Assembly (NCBI GenBank): GCA_963833225.1
Contig: CAWHXD010000019.1
Coordinates: forward strand, 374,075 to 438,074
Direction: 5' to 3'
Length of the DNA: 64,000 bases
Source: an uncultured Chloroflexia bacterium
GTDB lineage: Bacteria; Chloroflexota; Limnocylindria; Limnocylindrales; CSP1-4
The translations under genes were made by a program, and so were the position numbers. This document shows, one piece after another, positions 56,938-64,000 of this stretch; position 1 is the stretch's first letter, and every line of letters begins with the position of its first letter. The notes beneath the pieces were generated by a model. It did no database searches, was not told the origin of the DNA, and was given only the letters and a program-made list of their open reading frames with translations.

Positions 56938-57611
56938 CGTTCCCAGACCTCGCGCAGGCTCGCACCCCCGAGGAGCTCCCCGAGGACCGACCGCTCGGCG
57001 GTTGCCCGGGCGGTGGCTCGCGCCAGGACCTCGGCCTCGACGGCGGCCGGCACCACGACCACGCCGTCATCGTCGGCAAGCACGAGGTCGCCGGGCGCGA
57101 CGAGCACACCGCCGCAGCGGACGGGTTCGCCGGTCGAGACCACGCGCATCCGCCCCCGGAAGTCGACCGGCCGTGAGCCGGGCGCGAAGACGTCAAACCC
57201 GACGGACCGGATCTTGGCCACGTCGCGGACCGGGCCGTCGCAGACCGCGCCAGCAGCCCCGTGGCCCTTGGCGGCCGCCGAGAACAGCTCGCCCCAGTAG
57301 GCCGTCCGCAGATCACCCCCGGTGGCGATCACGGCGAGCGAGCCGTTGTCGAGCCCGTCGATGAAGTCCATCACGGCATCGTACGGGTTGTCGGGGTTCG
57401 TCTCAGTCGGGGCGAACTGGACCGTCCGGGCGCGCCCAACGGCTCGAGCGCCCGTCACCAGGGGCGCGATGGCCGGGATCATGACCTGCGCCCGGACCCC
57501 GAGCGTGTCGAGCGAATCGGACACGATCGCCGACGTGAGCGCGGCCGCAAGCTGGGTGGGCAGATCCTCGAAGCGAGCCGCACGACCCTGGACATTCGTT
57601 TGCTCAGCCAT
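56922..57611 (-). CDS. RraA/DlpA-family protein (class II 4-hydroxy-2-oxo-acid aldolase-like)
   Basis: The ATG is at 57611. It is first in the minus-strand operon. Confidence 0.75.
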   Translation of the reverse strand: MAEQTNVQGRAARFEDLPTQLAAALTSAIVSDSLDTLGVRAQVMIPAIAPLVTGARAVGRARTVQFAPTETNPDNPYDAVMDFIDGLDNGSLAVIATGGDLRTAYWGELFSAAAKGHGAAGAVCDGPVRDVAKIRSVGFDVFAPGSRPVDFRGRMRVVSTGEPVRCGGVLVAPGDLVLADDDGVVVVPAAVEAEVLARATARATAERSVLGELLGGASLREVWERWHVL

Positions 57612-57821
57612 GCGGGGCAGTATAGCCACCCCGCTTCCGAGCGTACAGGGGGCAACTTCCGGCTGAAATGTATCGTTCGATATAGGAGCGTCGAGGGTGC
57701 TGTTTATCGTTACCAGATTGACATTTGCGGCCGCGAATGGTTACCCTGCCTTCGTTCCGGCGCTGTCCGTTCAGGTCGGTCGCCGGCGGTGGCAGGGACC
57801 ACACCTTTGGAGGAGCTATCT

Positions 57822-59216
57822 ATGCGCTCACTGTCCAGGCATTCCGGCCTGGCCCGTCTGGTCGCCGGCGGCACCGTCGCGGTGCTCCTGGTGTCCGCAT
57901 GCTCGGGCTCGTCGAGCACACCGGCGCCCGCATCGCAGGCGCCCGGCGCGTCCACGGCTCCCGCGACCCAGGCGCCCGCCGATGACAACGCCACTGACTC
58001 GGGCGGCCCCATCATGGTCTGGGTGGACGCCCCGCGCGTCCCCGCCGCCGAGGCGTTCCAGAAGGCCTACCCGGACATCCAGATCGAGATCAACGCGATC
58101 CCGGGCAACGTCGGCAGCACCGACCTGCAGCAGAAGTTCGCCCTGTTCAACCAGGCCGGCAGCGGCTGGCCGGACGCGATCTTCTTCCCGTCCAACGACG
58201 ACATCGCCTGGGCGACCAGCGCCAAGATCAACTACGCCCGCGACCTGAGCGGCCTGCTCGGGGACTACCTCACGGGCTACACCGAAGCCAACAACGCCCC
58301 GTGCAACATCGACGGCCAGGTCCGCTGCGCCCGCAACGACTCGGCACCCGACGTGTTCTGGTACAACAAGACGCTGTTCGACGAGTGGGGCTACACCCCG
58401 CCGACGACGTGGGAGGCGTACCAGGACCTCGGCATCAAGATCGCCACCGAGCATCCGGGCTACATCAGCGGCTTCCTCGGTGACGCCTACGCGCCGGACC
58501 GCTACCTGTGGGCCAGCGGCTGCCCGACCAACGACCGCCTGTCCGAGACCAAGGTCCACATCAACACCAGCGATCCGATGTGCACGCGGGTCGTGGACCT
58601 CGTCGACAAGATGGTCGCGGCCGGGGCCCTCAGCGCCGTCGGCATCTTCGACCCCAACGCCGCCGAGATCGGCCCCAAGCTCGCCATGAGCCCGGGCGCC
58701 GTGTGGTGGGGCAACTACCTGTTCCGCGACACCTGGAAGATCCCGGCCGGCCAGATGACCGCCACCAACCCGATCAACTGGACCGGCGAGACCCCCGGCT
58801 TCACCGGTGACGAGGGGGGCGGCCTGTGGGGCGTCTCCAGCCACATCAAGGGCAAGCAGCTCGATAACACGCTGACCTTCATCAAGTTCGTCACCAGCGA
58901 CCCGCGCTGGCAGGTCGATCTCTCGACCGGCCTTCCCGCCTACACGGCTCCCCAGCAGGCGTGGCTCGACAAGGGCGCGAAGGACGGCTACTTCGCCGAC
59001 TACCCGACGACTGCGGCGGCCATGGTCGAAGCCGGCAACCGCGTTCGCGGCAACCACTACTACATGCTCTACAACACCGGCGGCATCTGGAGCAAGACCG
59101 TGACGCCGGTCCTCACCGCGGGCCAGGACCTCAGCGCGGCCTGGGATGCCTTCGGCACCCAGCTCGTCAACGAGGCCAAGACCTTCGGGTACGAGGTCGT
59201 CGACACCGGGAACTGA
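57822..59216 (+). CDS. Carbohydrate ABC transporter substrate-binding lipoprotein (family 1)
   Basis: The ATG at 57822 follows GGAGGAG at spacing 6. The signal peptide and lipobox (VLLVSACSGS) are followed by a Thr/Pro/Ala linker and a binding-protein fold. Confidence 0.85.
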   Translation: MRSLSRHSGLARLVAGGTVAVLLVSACSGSSSTPAPASQAPGASTAPATQAPADDNATDSGGPIMVWVDAPRVPAAEAFQKAYPDIQIEINAIPGNVGSTDLQQKFALFNQAGSGWPDAIFFPSNDDIAWATSAKINYARDLSGLLGDYLTGYTEANNAPCNIDGQVRCARNDSAPDVFWYNKTLFDEWGYTPPTTWEAYQDLGIKIATEHPGYISGFLGDAYAPDRYLWASGCPTNDRLSETKVHINTSDPMCTRVVDLVDKMVAAGALSAVGIFDPNAAEIGPKLAMSPGAVWWGNYLFRDTWKIPAGQMTATNPINWTGETPGFTGDEGGGLWGVSSHIKGKQLDNTLTFIKFVTSDPRWQVDLSTGLPAYTAPQQAWLDKGAKDGYFADYPTTAAAMVEAGNRVRGNHYYMLYNTGGIWSKTVTPVLTAGQDLSAAWDAFGTQLVNEAKTFGYEVVDTGN

Positions 59217-59352
59217 TCCCTGCGCAGGCAGCCTCCCGGCCCCCGGGAGGCTGACTAGACTGATGGGGAAGGGCCTGTGTCCTTCCCCATCACGAGTTCC
59301 AGCGCCAATCGCCCCATCCTCGTCACAGCCCGTGAGGTGACCGCAGGCCCGC

Positions 59353-60285
59353 ATGAGCAGTTCGTCCCCGGTCGGAGTGGCGGCCGCCCGTCGTCGATCC
59401 GGAATGCCTCGCCTGTCCCTGCCCGGCGCCGAGTCGCGTGGCGCCGCCATCCTGGTGCTCCCGTTCGTGGTGCTGCTGACGGTCGCGGGCATCGTCCCGA
59501 CCGTCTACGCGCTGCTCAAGAGCCTCGGCGACAGCAACGGCGAAGGCATTGGGTTCAGCAGCTTCGCGAAGATCATCGGGGACTTCCGGTTCGTCGACAC
59601 CTTCCTCAACATCGGGATCACGCTGATCGTCTGGCTGCCCCTGATGATGGTCGGTGTCGTGGCCCTCGCCCTGCTCGTGCACGCCAGCCCGGGCCGCTTC
59701 GGCTCCGTGATGCGGTTCGTGTACTACGTGCCGGGCGCGCTTGCCGGGATCGCGAACTTCATGCTCTGGCTGTTCATCCTGAATCCGGGCCAGAGCCCCG
59801 TCGACTTCCTGTGGAACGGGTTCGGGTACACGACCCTCAACCAGGTCGCCCAGCCCACCTACCTGCCAGTCATCCTGGCGGCGATGCTGTTCTTCCAGGG
59901 CGCCGGCACGTGGCTGGTGATCGTCAACGGCGGCCTCAACGGGATCCCCGACGAGGTCATCGAGGCGGCCGTCGTGGACGGGGCCGGATCGTGGGCGATG
60001 ACATGGCACATCATGCTGCCGATCATCCGGCCGTGGATCGGCTACATGCTCCTGCTCAACGTCGCGTACGGGTTCCAGCTGTTCATCGAGCCGCAGGTGC
60101 TGAGCCAGGTCACGCATGGGCAGATCTCGCCCCAATGGAGCCCGAACCAGCTCAGCTACACCTACGCGTACCAGATCCTCGACACGGGCGCGGCTGCCGC
60201 GATGTCGGTGATCCTGCTCGCCATCTCCCTCGGACTCGGCCTGGTGATCGTCTTCCGCACCGGCCTGTTCTCCGATGATCACTGA
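59353..60285 (+). CDS. Carbohydrate ABC transporter permease (MalF-like)
   Basis: 6 TM segments and the EAA-type loop (EAAVVDGAGSWAMTWHIMLP). Confidence 0.8.
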   Translation: MSSSSPVGVAAARRRSGMPRLSLPGAESRGAAILVLPFVVLLTVAGIVPTVYALLKSLGDSNGEGIGFSSFAKIIGDFRFVDTFLNIGITLIVWLPLMMVGVVALALLVHASPGRFGSVMRFVYYVPGALAGIANFMLWLFILNPGQSPVDFLWNGFGYTTLNQVAQPTYLPVILAAMLFFQGAGTWLVIVNGGLNGIPDEVIEAAVVDGAGSWAMTWHIMLPIIRPWIGYMLLLNVAYGFQLFIEPQVLSQVTHGQISPQWSPNQLSYTYAYQILDTGAAAAMSVILLAISLGLGLVIVFRTGLFSDDH

Positions 60286-60296
60286 GGAGGCGGAGC

Positions 60297-61223
60297 GTGA
60301 GCAGTAGAACGTCCGACACCCATCGCCGCCACGCTGGCGCCCACTGGACCCTCAGCCGGGCCGGCCGCGTCGGCGCGCTGGCGGTCGCGGCCCTGATCTT
60401 CGGCATCCCGATCCTGACCTTCGTGCTGATGGGCTTCCGCCAGCAGGACCCCGTCGGCCAGGTGCCCGGCGGCATCTTCTCGCTGGGCGGGCTGTCCCTC
60501 GAGAACGCCGCCAACAGCCTGCGCGTCGTGATGGACTTCAACCACGGCATCTTCGCCAAGTGGATGGCGAACTCGCTGATCGTGGGCATCGGCGGCACCG
60601 CCCTGGCCGTGCTCACCGCCATGCCGGCCGGCTATGCCCTGGCCATGCTCCGGTTCCGAGGCCGGCGCCAGCTGCGCTTCATCACCCTGCTGACCATGGT
60701 GATGCCCAACACCGTGCTCGTGATCCCGTTGTTCCTCGAGGTCAGCGCCGTCGGCGCCATCGGCCAGCTGTGGCCCGTCATCGTGATCATGGGCTTCTAC
60801 CCGTTCGGCGTGTACCTCGCCTACATCCACTACCTCACGACGCTGCCACGCGAGCTGGTGGAGGCCGCCCGGCTCGATGGCCTCAACGAGGTCATGGTTT
60901 TCCTGCGGATCGCGGTGCCCATCTCGAAGCAGGCCGTCGCCCTGGTGATCTTCTTCAGCTTCGTGGCCAACTGGACCAACTACTTCCTGCCCCTGGTGCT
61001 GCTGCCGCTGTCGGAGCAGGGGACGGTCTCGCTCGGCCTGCAGCAGCTGGTCGGGTCGAGTCCGCTGTTCGACCCGACGATGTCCGCGGGCCTGAGCGTC
61101 AAGCTCTACATGCCGCAGCTGGCTCTCGCCACGACCATTACCATCGTGCCCGTCCTGGCCGTGTTCATCATGGCCCAGCGGTTCCTGTCGCGGGGAGCCG
61201 TCGTCGGGGCCGTCAAGGGCTGA
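60297..61223 (+). CDS. Carbohydrate ABC transporter permease (MalG-like)
   Basis: The GTG at 60297 follows GAGGAGG. The EAA loop (EAARLDGLNEVMVFLRIAVP) is present. Confidence 0.8.
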   Translation: MSSRTSDTHRRHAGAHWTLSRAGRVGALAVAALIFGIPILTFVLMGFRQQDPVGQVPGGIFSLGGLSLENAANSLRVVMDFNHGIFAKWMANSLIVGIGGTALAVLTAMPAGYALAMLRFRGRRQLRFITLLTMVMPNTVLVIPLFLEVSAVGAIGQLWPVIVIMGFYPFGVYLAYIHYLTTLPRELVEAARLDGLNEVMVFLRIAVPISKQAVALVIFFSFVANWTNYFLPLVLLPLSEQGTVSLGLQQLVGSSPLFDPTMSAGLSVKLYMPQLALATTITIVPVLAVFIMAQRFLSRGAVVGAVKG

Positions 61224-61287
61224 GCGCGTCGCACCGGGGAGCCACCGTCGCCAGATGACAACGACGCCGCGCCGACCTGCCTCGAGG

Positions 61288-62355
61288 ATGAGGCCACGGA
61301 TCACGCTGGCCGACGTGGCCCGCAGGGCCGGCGTGTCCGTCTCGGTCGTCTCGCGGGAGCTCAACGGGGATCCGGCGCTGCGGGCCCGCAGCGAGACGCG
61401 ACGGCGGATCCACGGGGCCGCCAAGGCGCTGGGCTACACCCCCAGCCATGCGGCGCGCGCCCTCCGCCTGTCAAAGGCGTTCGCGATCGCGCTCGTCGTT
61501 CCGGACCTCACGAACCCCGTCTACAGCCAGCTGATCCGGGGGATCGAGGATGCCGCGGACGAGCTTGGCTACCAGGTGCTCATGGGCCGCACCGAGCGGA
61601 TCGAGCCCGGCACGGACTTCATCCGGCGGCTGGTAGGTGAGGGCCGCGTCGACGGCTTCCTCGTCCAGCGCCGCGACGAGACCGACCCCCAGGAGTTCGC
61701 GCACCTGATCGACGGCACGGCGCCCGTGGTGCTGATCAACTCCCGCGGCTCGCGGCGCGGCTCGGTGGTGCTCGACGATGCCGCCGGGGCGCGAAGGGCG
61801 ACCCAGCACCTGCTGGACCTTGGTCACCGGGATATCGCCCTGATCGGTGGGGACATCCACAGCCACACCGGGCGAGCACGCGAGCGGGGCTACGTCCAGG
61901 CGATCAACGCTGCGCGCATGCGCCGCCGGTCGGCCTGGGTGCTGCACTCCGGCTATACGCCCGAAGCCGGCCGCCTCGCCATCCGTGAGCTGTGCGTGAC
62001 CAATGGCCGGCGGCCGACCGGCGTCGTGGTGTCCAACGTGAACGCCGCCATGGGTGTCCTGCTCGGGGCGCGGGAGGTCGGGCTCAAGGTCCCGGAGCAG
62101 CTGTCGGTCGTGGCGATCCACGATTCCTGGTTCACCGAGTACGCGTCGCCGTCGCTGACCACCGTCCGGATGCCGATGTACGAGATGGGGCGCGAGGCGG
62201 TCACGCTGCTCCACCTTCGCCTCGAGGGCGAACGACCGGTCGACGTGATGATCGAGGCCCCGGCGCCCGAGCTCGTCCACCGCCAGTCCACGGCACCGCC
62301 CCCGAAGCGGCTGGCCCGGGCGCGCGAGCCCATCCCCGGACCCGAGCGTGGCTGA
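61288..62355 (+). CDS. LacI-family transcriptional regulator
   Basis: The probable ATG is at 61288 (MRPRITLADVARRAGVSVSVVSREL). A periplasmic-binding-protein-like effector domain follows. Confidence 0.8.
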   Translation: MRPRITLADVARRAGVSVSVVSRELNGDPALRARSETRRRIHGAAKALGYTPSHAARALRLSKAFAIALVVPDLTNPVYSQLIRGIEDAADELGYQVLMGRTERIEPGTDFIRRLVGEGRVDGFLVQRRDETDPQEFAHLIDGTAPVVLINSRGSRRGSVVLDDAAGARRATQHLLDLGHRDIALIGGDIHSHTGRARERGYVQAINAARMRRRSAWVLHSGYTPEAGRLAIRELCVTNGRRPTGVVVSNVNAAMGVLLGAREVGLKVPEQLSVVAIHDSWFTEYASPSLTTVRMPMYEMGREAVTLLHLRLEGERPVDVMIEAPAPELVHRQSTAPPPKRLARAREPIPGPERG

Positions 62356-62361
62356 CCGCGC

Positions 62362-63387
62362 CTAGGCCTCGAGGCCCTGCTCCTCCGGCACCAGCCGGCC
62401 CTCGTCCCGCATCCGCGTGAACAGCTCGATCGTCTCCGCGATCCCGTCGCCGATGGGCGTGACGGGGACGGGGCCGATCGCGGCCAGCGCATCGTCGGCG
62501 ATCTCCTCAGGGAACGGGAGTGGCGCCCCCTCGACGGTGATCCTGGCGCCGGCTCCGGGGATCCGGGCGTCGATCTCGCTGACGAAGTCCCGCAGGTCCA
62601 CCAGGCTGCCGCCCAGGTTGAACGCGTGCGCTCCGCGCAGCGGGCTCCGGCTCGCGATGATCAGCGTCCGCGCGACGTCGTGCGCGTACTGGAACAGGGT
62701 CCGCCCGGAGAAGCCGATGGTGGCTGGCCTCCCCAGCACGGCGGCGACGATCGCCTTGGTCGGCGAGCTGGTCAGCCCCTGGTCGCGGCCGGGGCCGTAG
62801 ACCGTCATCGGCCGAAGCCCGATGCTCGAGACCCCGTTTTCCAGCCAGTACACGCGCGCGGTGCCCTCGTTGGCCTGCTTGTACACGCCGTAGTGGTTGA
62901 CGGGGTGGGCGGTCGCGTCGTTCTCGAGGCGCATCGTCCCGGGATCCGCATCGGCCGCATCGAACATGCCGACCGAGCCCGTGTAGACGACCTGTCCGAT
63001 CCGGTCCGCGCGTCGGCTGGCCGCGTCGAAGATGTTCACCGTCCCCAGCACGTTGACCCGGGCACCGAGCGGCGGATCCGCCCGGCAGAACGGGACCTGC
63101 AGGGCGGCGAGGTGGATGATGTTGGTGATGCCGTGGTCGTCGAGCCCCTGCTCGACGGACGCGAGATCGGTGATGTCGCCCCGCACCATGGTCAGCCGGG
63201 CGAGCTCCTCCTCGGTGCAGATCTGGCGGATCCGGCGCGGGTTCGCGGCGAGGTCGAAGGCGACGACCTCGGTCCCCTCGCGGAGGAGGTTCCGGACGGT
63301 CCACGCGCCGATGCAGCCCATGGCGCCGGTGACCAGGAACCGCTCCGCCGGGCGCCGTGGCGTGGTGGGGCGAGGGTCGTCGTGCAT
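62362..63387 (-). CDS. NAD-dependent epimerase/dehydratase (extended SDR)
   Basis: FLVTGAMGCIGAWTVRNL is a Rossmann motif. YGVYK is the catalytic Y-x3-K. Confidence 0.75.
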   Translation of the reverse strand: MHDDPRPTTPRRPAERFLVTGAMGCIGAWTVRNLLREGTEVVAFDLAANPRRIRQICTEEELARLTMVRGDITDLASVEQGLDDHGITNIIHLAALQVPFCRADPPLGARVNVLGTVNIFDAASRRADRIGQVVYTGSVGMFDAADADPGTMRLENDATAHPVNHYGVYKQANEGTARVYWLENGVSSIGLRPMTVYGPGRDQGLTSSPTKAIVAAVLGRPATIGFSGRTLFQYAHDVARTLIIASRSPLRGAHAFNLGGSLVDLRDFVSEIDARIPGAGARITVEGAPLPFPEEIADDALAAIGPVPVTPIGDGIAETIELFTRMRDEGRLVPEEQGLEA

Positions 63388-63391
63388 CGCG

Positions 63392-64000
63392 TCAGGCCTC
63401 CCTGGCCGGACCGGTCCGGCACGTGTTGGTGAGCGTTCCGATCCCCTCGACGACGACCTCGACGACATCGCCGTCGCCCAGCAGCCGGGGCGGCCGCCGG
63501 AAGATGCCGACGCCCCCGGGGGTACCGGTGGCGATCACGTCGCCGGACTCAAGGGTGAAGGCGCGCGAGCAGTGGCTGATGAGCTCCCGCACCCCGAAGA
63601 ACATGGACGACGTGCGGTCGTGCTGGAGTCGCTCGCCGTTGACCAGGCAGGCGATCTCCAGGTCCCCGGGATCGGGAAGCTCGTCCGCGGTGACCAGCAC
63701 GGGGCCCATCGGGCAGAACGTGTCGAGCGACTTGCCGCGCACCCACTGCCCGTCACCAAACTGGATGTCCCGGGCCGAGACGTCGTTGAGGCAGGTGTAG
63801 CCGAGGACGTGGTCGAGCGCATCGTCCGGGCTGACGGACCGGGCCCGGCGGCCGATCACGACCGCCAGCTCCGCCTCGTAGTCAACCTGGCTGGTCAGCT
63901 CCGGATCCCAGCGGATCTCGTCACCGGGACCGATCACCGAGCTCGGGAACTTGGCGAACACCAGCGGGGACGGCGGGGGAACGGCCCCATCCTCCGCCGC
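63392..64000 (-). CDS. Fumarylacetoacetate-hydrolase (FAH)-family protein, C-terminal part; the gene continues beyond the window end
   Basis: ORF 63392..63961 has DYEAELAVVIG, GYTCLNDVSARD and GTPGGVG, which are FAH-fold motifs. Confidence 0.7.
   Translation of the reverse strand, partial: AAEDGAVPPPSPLVFAKFPSSVIGPGDEIRWDPELTSQVDYEAELAVVIGRRARSVSPDDALDHVLGYTCLNDVSARDIQFGDGQWVRGKSLDTFCPMGPVLVTADELPDPGDLEIACLVNGERLQHDRTSSMFFGVRELISHCSRAFTLESGDVIATGTPGGVGIFRRPPRLLGDGDVVEVVVEGIGTLTNTCRTGPAREA

Overview
This is a 64-kb, roughly 70% GC, gene-dense window with almost no non-coding space. Adjacent genes are often joined by ATGA/GTGA stop-start overlaps, and the c-type cytochromes carry N-terminal membrane anchors. 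That is consistent with a high-GC monoderm, actinobacterium-like genome. I could not run any search, so all product calls come from reading the six-frame translations for family motifs.

Gene content, 5' to 3':
1. hypD (3' end) and hypE.
2. Two convergent paralogous ArsB/NhaD-type permeases.
3. An NCS1 nucleobase transporter with a 470-nt leader.
4. An aldo-keto reductase and a prolyl aminopeptidase.
5. A minus-strand respiratory-type operon: NarL-type response regulator, hexahaem cytochrome c, Tat-dependent 4Fe-4S subunit, NrfD/PsrC-like membrane subunit, pentahaem cytochrome c.
6. mtnA.
7. A CASTOR/POLLUX-like channel with RCK domains.
8. A minus-strand operon: SorC regulator, fused E1 alpha-beta, E2, diacylglycerol-kinase-like protein, membrane protein, and a large hypothetical protein.
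9. A long minus-strand L-rhamnose operon: DeoR regulator, ABC ATPase, two permeases, binding protein, rhaM, rhaB, rhaI, rhaD. The three membrane/binding transporter genes carry about eight frameshifts in 3.2 kb and a 14/15-nt tandem repeat, while the enzyme genes are intact.
10. A plus-strand operon: PHP-like protein, bifunctional RhaEW, and two zinc alcohol dehydrogenases.
11. LacI regulator, fucU and fucI.
12. A minus-strand operon: UroD-like methyltransferase, B12-binding corrinoid protein, UroD-like methyltransferase, and a second rhamnose mutarotase.
13. A set of genes resembling a non-phosphorylative 6-deoxyhexose route: LarA-like protein, amidohydrolase-2 lactonase, Gfo/Idh/MocA oxidoreductase, MaoC, signal-less SBP-like protein, family III CoA transferase, split UxaA dehydratase, RraA-like aldolase, an ABC importer, a second LacI regulator, an NAD epimerase/SDR, and a partial FAH-family hydrolase.

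I saw no rRNA, tRNA, CRISPR array or insertion sequence.

The most unusual item is the corrinoid methyltransferase triad, which is co-transcribed with a rhamnose mutarotase and embedded among L-fucose and L-rhamnose genes. It may be a corrinoid-dependent O-demethylase for methylated deoxy-sugars.

Other points worth a second look are the cytochrome/Fe-S/NrfD module, the 43-bp perfect hairpin over the SorC regulator start codon, the selectively decayed rhamnose transporter, and a 770-bp repeat-rich non-coding region.

Several single-gene frameshifts (NrfD-like, E2, the large hypothetical) sit at G/C homopolymer runs, so assembly error cannot be excluded.
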